Positions 1 to 12,500 of a DNA stretch of 64,000 nt are shown piece after piece (the stretch's first letter is position 1; each line of letters opens with the position of its first letter). The position numbers and the translations under genes were made by a program. The stretch is from Pecten maximus (Eukaryota), in NCBI RefSeq assembly GCF_902652985.1, contig NC_047019.1, positions 18,600,001-18,664,000 of the forward strand, in the 5' to 3' direction. The notes under the pieces were generated by a model. The model saw only the letters and a list, made by a program, of their open reading frames with translations. It had not been told where the DNA came from and did not search any database.

Positions 1-3000
1 GAATGGCTACAGTGTACTACGTTACATAAAATGCACTACTTACTAAAATGTATATTGTACGTCGTCGTTTGTTTTAATTTTATTTTTATCATTTTTTTTT
101 CATTAGAAAATCAGAATAATACTTGTGAATGTCAATACTTTATTTAAGATCAGTTTCATATTGTAGTTATATCAAATAAACATGCATAACAATAAATTGA
201 TTTTGACAACAATAGCTGCCGTAAGATAAAAGAAATGCATTTTCAGGGGAAGCCGAGTCTAAAGTAAGTCAGCAGAGTGCAAATTGTCTTAACAGCCGGG
301 CATATTTCAACGACACTGTCATTCTGAACTGTCAGTAGATCATTCTGTAAACTTCCAAATACTGGGGTCACGACCTAGGCAAGGAGGTACAAGATGGTGT
401 CAGACCTGATACGTCCCAACAACAGGAAGGTACCCTATAATGATCGTACAGTTGAAGGAATCAGATCAATGCCAAATGCGATTTTAATTGTTAATTACCT
501 CTCACGAGTCCTTATAATTACAACACCTGGGTTTTTCAAGTGCACCACCTGAGTAGGTAACTGGAGGCCATGGGTATAGTGTATCATCCCTGGTATCGAT
601 ATGACGTCATCGTCTGGTGAAAGGTATTAAATAAAAAAAAACATCAGGGGAAGTGAGGCTAATGGCCTGGTTACATTATATGACGCGACATTAAAACACA
701 TAATGGACTTTCTATGTAGTTGTTTGTTTTTGTTGTTGTCGTTTTTTTTTGTTTTTTTTTTGTTTTCACAGCGAACTCTTGAATACACTTTCTTGTGTTA
801 TTTTGAGAGCAATTCTTTTTGTTCAATTACAATGTAAGTGAAATTTTAAAAGTTTAAGAAGTACTGCCATGAAAAGTACATTTGGCCGAGAATTGTTCAT
901 GACTGTTCGAGTTGTTTCCCTTCCAACGTGTGTGGAGAACAAACTTTAAGATCCAAAGTGTTTATGTATTGTCTATAAATTATACATTTTGAAACGCATA
1001 GTTAGATTAGCATATTATAGCAGTTTACCATAATAACAACTTAGTATACGATACAAAGAAATATTAGTACGAGAAAATCATTTATGATTAAATTTGGATA
1101 TGAATTACGCAGCAGTATCGACAAAAATAACCATGAAACAACTAATACCACATTGATACAAAATCAGGTCTTTAACGGGGAGATCATATAAGTACATGAT
1201 AATCAAACAAAACAAAATCAAACAAAAGGAGACAAATGCCCCTTCTCCAAAAGGACGGGTATACCACGTTGGAATTAACGCTGAGTGACCCTAACCCTTA
1301 TACACTCGGCCACCGTAGACTATGGGACTGTTATCACGTTAGTCAGTCTATATCTTACAACATGAGTAATCATTATCTATAGCTGTCACTACAAATTTGA
1401 CATAATATAGTGGGTGTTTCTGATGCATTTTAACCCAGAGTCACAAATAATGAACATTCCATTCCCATGTTCTCTTCACAATGTAACCACAATAGATATG
1501 CTGCCCCGGTAGTGAGTAATGATTGAACTCTGGATTTAGACATATTGTGGAGCATGTGGCTATATCAGGTAACTTAGCGAACAGGACTCACGAGAAATGT
1601 ACACATTACGATATTCAAAGCCGGATAGACTTACTTTAAACCCCTCAACAAATGCTGGATGATAGGATGTATCGAACACTAGACATCCAATTTAAATATC
1701 GCATCTGAAGTGAGCAAAATACACAACTTATAACTGCCAAACTCAGCAGTATTGATTTATTTTGACTAAAGGTAAAAGCCTTATTTTTTCCCCGGCACGT
1801 GTGTTTACTTGTAAGTATATGATATGATATAGATAGCGATTTTGCGACGCCACTATGCGATGTAGTTTGAGGAGTTGAAATGTTGGTAAAGTGATATCTG
1901 GTAAACAAAAATCTTGTAGACCTGAATGGCTGTGAAGATGATCCCCGTTTTCATGTTAATGTAAGGGACGTAACTCCAACACACTACGTTGTATCGGAGA
2001 CGTTTCGTTTGCACGGGACAGTACATTTCGTATAACAGACGTTTAGTCATGCGTTAGATATCCAATTTATAGCGTTATTTAAAAAAAATTAATCTAGAAA
2101 TATATCGCAAATAGCTCAAACCTCAAACCTCTCGGAGGCCGGAGGATGTGTTGTTAAAGCACAAGCTGTATTTTGTTCGTGATTCATGGCCTGTCCTGAA
2201 AGTAGCCATGTTATTTGCAAGAAGCAGGTAACTTGGCTGTTTTCGAAATGTTATATATGGGTTTACACATAAACTTTAGCTGGCCATATTACATTTGGAA
2301 CTTATCATACTTACAAAATGATAACCAAATCGACGTCTTAGGATCTAATATGTATAGCCGTTTGTCGACATTTTGGAGAAATGCAGTTTTTTTTTTTTTT
2401 TACCAATCAAAGATTCTATTGATTCTTAGTTGTGTATGATAGTCACTTCATAAGTGAAGTTCCTGTTTGTCCCACAGTGAACATGTTAACTATTGCGAGT
2501 GAACGGTCACACGAACACAATATGTGTCAGGATCCCATCCTGGATTCTTCGCAAGTCGCAAGTCGTCGTCTCTTCATGTTCAATTGGTTAATATGTTTCA
2601 ATTTGAGACTGAACAAAAAGGCTGAATATCAGAAATAAGAAATGCCACACGCCCACTTCACAAAATGTGGAGGAACTACTTCATTAATAAAAACAACGGT
2701 ACACATAGGTACATGGAGCAGGATGGACATTTGGTCACATGATTTAGTTTTTATTGACTTGATTACGAATTTAACAGATAATTAAGAGGAATAAAGAAAA
2801 ACAATCAAACAAATATAGACCGAATGAAGATCTGGAGTGGACGATAAGACCTCTCAGGTATTATATTCTTAAACACACGACTACCTGCTTTGTTCTATAT
2901 TTAATATTATTGGCAATGCATTAATTAAAATATACATGTATATCAATCATTCACGTTATCTTTTCCTAGAGAAACACTTATTCTCTCACATTTCGGAAAT

Positions 3001-5050
3001 GAATCGCAAGCACATGTCTTTTTGTTTTTATTATTAAAACCTCATAAAGAGCAAATACTATATAATACAATGAGTTGAAAATACCTTTACCGAGAAAGCA
3101 TCGGAAAAAGAAGAATAACTCTACCTATCTTCTTAGTGTGGCGAATTTGTTATATCTCTACATGAGAATGCAATAAGCTGTTTTTATTTTGAAAAGCATT
3201 TACTAGGTTAAAGTAGCTTGGCATCATGGCAGCTAAGTGTATACATTCTCGAAGAGGAAACATCACTCACAGGTAACACGCCATACTGCAAACGGCTAGC
3301 AATTATAGCGGCTCAATTGAAACAGATTGCTTCAGAGAACAATTATTTAATGTTCCATGTTTTATTGTAGAACAATTAGATGTAAATGCAAACTTTGCTA
3401 AATTTTGGTTTTCTTATCATCATTATAGAGACAGTTGGATGTACGCCAGTCTGCCGCACTGTGTAGTTACATTGTAACCAAAAACGGATTGAGATTCATC
3501 GTTTAGCTTGCAAATTGTTTCTAAAAGCAAAGAAATGCATTCGTTGTTAAATGTTGAAGAATTGAAGGTGATGAGAAAATCAGAATTCAGTATTGATTTT
3601 TTTTTTTTTTTTTTTTTCGAATTTAGAATTACTTGTCAATAACGAATTAGTTTCAGTGGTAAGTATTTTATTTCCTTTTGCGATATAACGTTAGGAGTAT
3701 TCAATGCTTCATACTATATAATTCTTATTTTGAGGATTTTACTTAAACCGGATATGACCTAGATTTTCAATGAGGGATCTTCGATGAGTCTGAAGACGTT
3801 TATTCATTTGGAACACGTGGTCTTACTCTCCTGGTACATTTTCAAGGGTTTACATACAAATCTGTGTCATGTTCATGCTTCCCGTCGGTTTTGAGTTAGA
3901 ATTACGGTTTTATTTGCATGCTCTTGCTCCTCTTGTTGTTTTAAGACATACGATTGTAGTTATTTATATGTAGAGATGTTTATCAATAGAGAAGTATTAC
4001 TCGTGTTCTGATGTGATACGCAAAAGTATAAGCACTATCGTGTGTTAGATCCATGTTGTTCTAGAAACTCACACTCAAATGTTTTGATTCCATATCAAAG
4101 AAAATTCCAGGGATTATCCAACAGAAAGGAGCCGTTTGAATTCTCCAAAACAAGTCTAATCGTTTTCAGGTTGGGTGTTTATCAAGTATGAGACCTAAGG
4201 GTGTCCTCCATGTTTTAACATCTGCAAGGCTTTCAAAATAGAAATGCAGCATATCGTTTGAATGCTAATGAACCTAGGAAATGTGTGCATGCTCCAGGGA
4301 TTGTAGATACCTAACAGAGGTACAAGACGGAGTTAATTACGTATATGACGGCAAGGGAAGGATATTTCTCTCCGTCCGAATTAATCTATCCATTATTAGT
4401 GCTCCAATTATCTCGACCTTAAGGCGGAAGTTCGGTCTAGGTGGGGAACCTTGTGTATTTAATGTGTGTAGGCGAATCAGAGAAATGTACTCAATTGATG
4501 ATACGACCTCGTATGAATAAGAACTCTATTGTTATATATATCCAGGCTATATTGTTACATATATACAGGTTATTTCGTGCTTTTCCTCCAATATATATCA
4601 AATGCATGTTCGTACAGACCACATTCTTATACCACTTACTTTTCAAAAGGTCTACAGCTCCTGCGATTAATAATGTTAAACCACTTTTTCTAAGCATTAT
4701 TTGGTAGATTATAAATGAAATATTTCATTATTTTTTAATCATTTAATGTTTATCGCCATGATTTTTGCAAATCTACAATAACAATCAGTGAAGGGGAATT
4801 CTAAAACAATTCACATTAAAACAATATTTATACCTTTTCTGCGCGCCTTGCTGGGATATAAATGTTTGGTTAGTTTTAAATACTGTTTATAATTGATGTT
4901 TGAATTTTGTCGTAAATAAGTCAAAAGGATCGTGTATCAGTTAAAAAAATGTATACTCATATTCGATACTCTAGGGGTAACGATCACACACCCTCTCTTC
5001 ACGAGGTGACTCTCTTCGTCCCCTCTCTTCCTGGTGTGAAGAGTGTGTAT

Positions 5051-5907
5051 GTGATCGTAATTCCTGGAGTACAGGGGATATTTTATGTTGAGGGTTTGTG
5101 ATCGTAACCCCTGGAGTACCGGGGATATTTAATGTTGAGAGTTTGTGATCGTAACCCCTGGAGTACCGGGGATGTTAATGTTGAGAGTTTGTGATCGTAA
5201 CCCCTGGAGTACCGGGGATATTTATATTGAGAGTTTGTGATCGTAACCCCTGGAGTACCGGGGATATTTATATTGAGTGTTTGTGATCGTAATTCCTGGA
5301 GTACCGGGGATATTTTATATTGAGAGTTTGTGATCGTAACCCCTGGAGTACCGGGGATGTTAATGTTGAGAGTTTGTGATCGTAACCCCTGGATTACAGG
5401 GGATGTTTAATGTTGAGCGTTTGTGATCGTAACCCCTGGAGTACCGGGGATGTTTAATGTTTAGCGTTTGTGATCGTAACCCCTGGAGTACCGGGGATGT
5501 TTAATGTTTAGCGTTTGTGATCGTAACCCCTGGATTACCGGGGCTATTTAATGTTGAGCGTCTATGATCGTAACCCCTTCAGTACCGGGGATGTTTAATG
5601 TGGAGCGTTTGTGATCGTAATTCCTGGAGTACCGGGGATATTTAATGTTGAGCGTTTGTGATCGTAACCCCTTCCGTACCTGGGATATTTAATGTTTAGC
5701 GTTTGTGATCGTAACCCCTGGATTACCGGGGATATTTTATGTTGAGCGTTTGTGATCGAAACCCCTGGAGTACCGGGGATATTTTATGTTGAGCGGTTGT
5801 GATCGTAACCCCTGGAGTAACGGAGGTGTTTTATGCTAAACATAAGTGGTCGTAACCCCATGAGTACTGGGGATGTTTCATGCTGAACGTTTGTGATCGT
5901 AACTCCT
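5051..5907. repeat. 47-bp minisatellite, ~18 copies (gtgatcgtaacccctggagtaccggggatatttaatgttgagagttt)
   Basis: Unit starts at 5051, 5098, 5145 and so on; units are near-identical and degrade at the right end. Confidence 0.97.
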
Positions 5908-6412
5908 ACAACTACAACGATTGTCTTACGGAAGTATTATTTCGTCTGTATATATATACGGTAGGCCTATCGTGCAGTATGATCTCAGGTCATATCACGT
6001 GATCAGTCAGATAGTCACAATAAACATGGTTAATAATGACATATATTTCGTATACAAAATAAACCACCAGAACATAATGAAATACATTTAATGATACATT
6101 TAAATACATACGTATTCTCTCAACAAAACAATAGTAAACTGTAACCTGTAATGTGTGATATCCCGACTAATGCTGTAGTAGACGCCGCTTTGTCTTAATC
6201 ACGAATGTGTTTGTAAAGCACACGCCGCTCCTCATAACTCGAGATGCAGACGCAATGACGAACTCCACGGGAGTCGAAGCATTGTTTGTATCAAGCACTG
6301 TTGCTATCATCCCATAAACATTTTACTCCTCAGAACGTAATCTTTAAACGTGTACAGAAGAGCGATATAATATATTTTGTCCTATTTAACTTTTAAACAT
6401 GATTTATTTGTG

Positions 6413-6594
6413 TCAGGAAGACGCTTTTTCTCTCCCGAAGGCACCAAATACACGATCTAAAAATGTCCTTGATCTTCGCTTGAATTCTATAACTTCCCGA
6501 CAGAGGGCATGGAATGCCTCTGTTACTTGACTGACATCCTCCGAAGCAGAAACCTCCACAAACGTACATCCAAACTCCAGAGCCAGCTTCTCAC
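6413..6594 (-). CDS. RERG-like exon 5 (GEKLALEFGCTFVEVSASED...EKASS*)
   Basis: acacag acceptor; G5 EVSA motif; TGA at 6415-6413. Confidence 0.92.
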
Positions 6595-9500
6595 CTGTGT
6601 GATAGACAAGAGAGGTTATAATGAGTGGGACAACGTAAATACCCTGTAATTTCTTATCTGGGATTACTATGTATACTAAATATATTTGTACAGTATGTTG
6701 TTTTATTTTTAAATCATTAGGGGTTTTAACGTTCTCGCAACAGCCAGGGTCATATATGAACAGGTGTCAAGGAGACGCCAACAGTCTGGGTCATGTGAGG
6801 ACAGGTGTCAAGGAGACACCAACAGCCAGGGTCATATGTGGACAGGTGTCAAAGAGAAACCAACAGTCAGGGTCATTATTATCTGAACAGGTGTCAAGGA
6901 GACGCCTAAATTAAGAAACCACAACACAGATAAACAGATCAGTGAGGGAAAAAAGGACAGATTTATGTTTGTAGATTGTCCAAATATTGATGTCATAGAC
7001 TAACCTGTATAACAATGATAATTAATTTGGAGTTTTATATACCACTTTATCACAGCAACATATCAATCTCAAAGCTTTTCACGAATCATTATCCGAGGTT
7101 ATTGGATCTTTAGCGACCAGCTTTCTCAACTCACTGAGGATCATACAGCCGGAGCTGTCATTTCAACGCTAACAGCTTACAAACGACATTTCTTACACTA
7201 CCCTAGTACGTATTCCTTTACAACTGGACAACTGAATCACAGCAGAGTACAGTATCTTGTGCCGAGACTCTAGCTAGAGACCCCACGGTCACGTATAATT
7301 AAAGTGATGTCCTGTTGAAATGTATCAATATTGTTAGAAAAAACAGACACCAACCCTTAATTAATAAATGTAACGAAAACGACAAACGCTAAACAGTACC
7401 AATAATTAAGAAGCAACTTCCATAGTCCGATATGAATACATGCATTCCACTTTAAGGCTATAGTTTGAAAACATTTAAATTGGCAAAAGCTCAGAACGGT
7501 TAAACAATAGAAACGTAAGAAGCTGTAGATTAAATCGCGACGAAATTGTTACTTAGTTTTTCCAATCAAGACACTATGTGAAATAATTACAGAAAGATGT
7601 TTTCAAGAGAGGTAGCATTATATACAGGTACCTATTAATAAAATTGTGGAATAAAATGGAATATCAACAACAAGCACGTGTTTGCTGAACAGTTTCAAAC
7701 TCCAGCGAGACAAACACTGGAAATGTAGATGTGTGCAGTTATACATCATCTGTCAGCAATCACTGGGAGAAGATCTAGTCATAGATAGTTGTCTCTATAG
7801 ATGTGTATACTGTCCAAACTGCTCATATTTCCATTGCAATTATTTTATTTCGACGGAAACTGCATGTGGAGAAACTGTCTGTGAGAAGAAACCTCTCGTC
7901 GGTCTTTCCGAAAGCATTCGCCAAATACATGTTTGGTCATACAGGTACATAGTCAGTTCAGTTTCAAGTAGAGAAAGAAAAACAGGGGAAGACATCGATG
8001 CAAATGTAGACGAGAAGTTAAGATCAAAGTTACGGTTCAAGACTATGGGAAAACTTCGTTTCCTCTCTTGTCACAATGATAGCAAAGCTAGAAAATATTA
8101 TGAAGATGAAGAAAACATACCCTACCCGGGCATATCAAAGTAATCTACAAAGACATTTAGTTCGACAGTGACAAAAATTTAAACTTATGACTCTTCATTG
8201 CAATGTGTTTGACTTTATGACGCTCTATTGCGATGTGTTTGAATTGATGACGTGATGGTGAAATGTTGTGGTGTGTTTGACGTAATGGTGTTATGATGTT
8301 ATGTTGTGATGTGTTTGACGTAATGGTGTAATGTTGTGGTGTGTTTGATGTTATGATGTGATGTTGTGGTGTGTTTGATATAATGGTGTTATGTTGTGGT
8401 GTGTTTGACGTTATGGTATTATGTTGTGGTGTGTTTGACGTAATGGTGTTATGCTGTGGTGTGTTTGATGTAATGGTGTTATGTTGTGGTGTGTTTGATG
8501 TAATGGTGTTATGTTGTGGTGTGTTTGACGTAATGGTATTATCTTGTGGTGTGTTTGATGTAATGGTGTTATGCTGTGGTGTGTTTGATGTAATGGTGTT
8601 ATGTTATGTTGTGTTTGACGTTATAGTGTTATGTTGTGGTGTGTTTGACGTAATGGTGTTATGTTGTGGTGTGTTTGATGTCATGATGTGATGTTATGGT
8701 GTGTTTGATGTAATGGTGTTATGTTGTGGTGTTTTACGTAATGGTGTTATGTTGAGGTGTGTTTGACGTAATGGTGTTATGCTGTGGTGTGTTTGACGTT
8801 ATGATGTTATGTTTAGGTGTGTTTGATGTTATGGTATTATGTTGTGGTGTGTTTGACGTTATGGTGTTATGTTGTGGTGTTTTACGTAATGGTGTTGTGT
8901 TGTGGTGTTTTACGTAATGGTGTTATGTTGAGGTGTGTTTGACGTAATGGTGTTATGTTGTGGTGTTTTACGTAATGGTGTTATGTTGAGGTGTGTTTGA
9001 CGTAACGGTGTTATGTTGAGGTGTGTTTGATGTAATGGTGTTGTGTTGTGGTGTTTTACGTAATGGTGTTATGTTGAGGTGTGTTTGACGTAATGGTGTT
9101 ATGCTGTGGTGTGTTTGACGTTATGGTATTATGTTGTGGTGTGTTTGACGTTACGATGTTATGTTGAGGTGTGTTTGATGTTATGGTATTATGTTGTTGT
9201 GTGTCTGATGTTATGATGTTATGTTGAGGTGTGTTTGACGTAATGATGTTATGTTGAGGTGTGTTTGATGTTATGGTATTATGTTGTGGTGTGTTTGACG
9301 TTATGGTGTTATGTTGAGGTGTGTTTGATGTTATGATGTGATGTTGTGGTGTGTTTGATGTAATGGTGTTATGTTGTGGTGTGTTTGACTTTATAGTATT
9401 ATGTTGTGGTGTGTTTGACGTAATGGTGTTATGTTGTGGTGTGTTTGACGTAATGGTGTTATGTTGTGGTGTATTTGACGTAATGGTGTTATGTTGTGGT

Positions 9501-12500
9501 GTGTTTGACGTAATGGTGTTATGTTGTGGTGTGTTTGACGTAATGGTGTTATGGTGTGGTGTATTTGACGTAATGGTGTTATGTTGTGGTGTGTTTGACG
9601 TAATGGTGTTATGGTGTGGTGTGTTTGACGTAATGGTGTTATGTTGTGTTTGACGTAATGGTGTTATGTTGAGGTGTGTTTGATGTAATGGTGTTATGGT
9701 GTGGTGTATTTGACGTGATAGTGTTATGTTGTGTTTGACGTAATGGTGTTATGTTGAGGTGTGTTTGATGTAATGGTGTTATGGTGTGGTGTATTTGACG
9801 TGATAGTGTTATGTTGTTGTATGCTATCATTGGATGATATCTTGCTCTTGATGTTGGGATGCTCTGTTGTTGCGATATAACATCATGGTTCTTAGCTGTA
9901 TTTTGTTTATTGAACACATTATTGAAATACGTTCTAAATTATGACCTCCTCTGCCATGTATAGCATAGAGCAATATCGCCATGTATTCATATATTACTTC
10001 ATGATAATTTACATCACGGCTATAGAAAAACACAATGATGTGATTTAAACCACCGAAGAACAGTGGGGCGATTTGTACTGATTACAAAGCAAATAATCAG
10101 TTACAAGTTACGGGTGTTGGGTTATGTTGGTGCTGACAGTTAAAGAAACGTTTGTTACAGTTCATCATTCCTGATGGTTTTACGATGGTCACCTGCTGGG
10201 CACGTCTGAACGTGCCAGTCCTTCACATGCACTACATGGTAAACGGGGAAACACGCATATACAACTGTCGGTCATCGACACAGACGAATATCACAGAGAT
10301 GTGCTTCCTTCAGTCTACTGATTTATATGGAGGTGGAAAAATAAATTAATTAGAACGTGAAATATATATTGTATTTTAAAGGATTAAAACATTAAAATAG
10401 TATAGAATGCGGTACTGCACTATAATTGATGCGAAGTATGTTTGAATGTAATTGTGTTTCAGGCTGTGATGAACAAGTTATAAGTGTACTAATTTGCATT
10501 TATAAGTGTCCTCAAATAGCTTACAAAATGTATTAGCCTGTTGTTAGAATATCGTATCATAATCAGGCCTACAACGAAGTTGTGACATTTAGCTTTTTGT
10601 TGCAACATTAAAATGGCCAAAAACGCATTTTTCATATTTATTTTGAAAACAAATATGTCCCATACCTTCATCTTTAGTAACTTGACGCATATGTGCCAGA
10701 TCACATTTATTGCCAACCATAAGGATTGGAGCAGGGGAGCCTTTTTTGGCGTCCTCTATTTTCCGTTTCACCTCTTGTAAGGCGTCAAACGACTTCCGGC
10801 TGACGACAGAATACACCAACATGAATCCATCACCCCATCGTAATACGTCATCACGAGCACCGCAATCCTCTCTCTGTAACCATGACGACGGTGTTAAATG
10901 CGTGATGTCATATAATGTAATGGTAGTGAAGAGACAACATTTGTTTTGAAAATGATGCACGCTTTACCGAATAAGAATCTCGGGAAACTTAAGAGTCGAA
11001 TTATTTTTTTTTTCAATTTCATCAAACATTGAAAAAAAGATTTAGAAATTAAAATTGACAACTTAAATGCCTGTTGTCGTTGTTATAAGTATGATCATTC
11101 TAGCGAAGAAATATACTATTCTTCTGGCATGACACAACATGTAGTTAACCACATTGTTTTAGCTATGTATATGCATAGTTATGTAAGAGATTTTCGCCCC
11201 ATTATGTGATTATTGTTGCTGGACCGTTGAGCGGGAAACAAACAAATATCAATATCGATAATGGCACGGATTATATTAAACTAGTTGTTGTGCTGACAAT
11301 CAATAGACATATAGGATTATAACAGAGTCACTCACGTTTGAAATGGTGTCGAGGATTTCGAATGTGATGGATTCTGTGTCGACCACTGTTGTATATTTAT
11401 ATTTGGATTCTGCAAGATAATAGGAATGCAGTAAAGTATTAAACAACAAAAAATACCGACATCATAAAGAATCAATCATTAAAATTCAAATTCGATAAGC
11501 GGATGGCAAAATATTAACAAAAACATATTTTTGCACAGAGCTTGAAAAATGTGCCAGGACAATATGGCCAGGCGCTCCGAAGGAGAAAGCGTCTTACAAA
11601 TCTAGGTAAACGCCGAGCTAAGCCATATTCTAGATGTGATAGCTAGAATGCGGACAATGGAACCATCAGGCATATCAACATGCATGGAACGAATCTAACC
11701 TAATATTAAATGTGTTCAAAACCACTGGTACTAACCAACACAAACGCGAAAAAAAATAGTTGAAGGTAAAATACGTTTGTGATGAATGTTGGGATAGGTC
11801 CAGATTATCCTCATCATCTTCTTGGGCTTTCAATAATTATCAAATATCTTTTAGGAAATTGATTATGTTTAGGAGTTATTGCACTGTTCCTAATTTTAAG
11901 TTTGTTTAGGGCCATATTGATTTTCCTGACATCTATTCAATTCAGGATGTCCGCATTTTTGTCCCCAAGCATCACTGACGGGACCTGAAATATATTCCTT
12001 ATTTGACATATATTATATTGATTATTAAGTTCATATTAAAAAAAAATCACCCGTGTGTCTATTGTACAATACTTCATGTTCGTTCTAAGGCTGCCGATTC
12101 TAATATGTACATTTGTTTCGCGTTCGCATAGTGTAAACGACTTTGGCAGCATGTACAATACATTGTTGGCGTATTCTGAATAGGTTTTAACGATTTGCTA
12201 GCATTATAACATCAAAGGGTATTTTCAAACACTGCGATGATCCTTTCTTGACGTTTCTGACATTGACTAATACATGTACATATACCTATATACGTGTGAT
12301 ATGATTTGCTGAAGATTTGAACGACCTCGGTTTTGACACATATTTAAAAGTAGCAAAAATGTAATGATTGATAGGAACCATTTGTCCTGTTTAAGGTCTA
12401 TAATACATGTACAAATTGTGCATGTTACGTGATCAAAGAGAGAGGTGTTCAGACTTGTAACAGTGTTACATGAATAACGATGCCCCAGATTGAGGTGCGC

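Noticed and set aside
5051-5907. CRISPR-like look of the 47-bp hairpin-containing repeat
   Set aside because: There are no unique spacers (units are contiguous), no cas genes, and the context is eukaryotic.
7682-8143. 153-aa Cys-containing ORF antisense within GTPase intron 4
   Set aside because: TTG start, no recognisable domain and no splice partners found. A BLASTP/HMMER hit would be needed to revive it.
8371-9917. Cys-rich (VFDVMVLCCG)n ORFs and the antisense His/Thr-rich ORF
   Set aside because: Translations of the 30-bp minisatellite; frames are broken by stops and indels between blocks; intronic.
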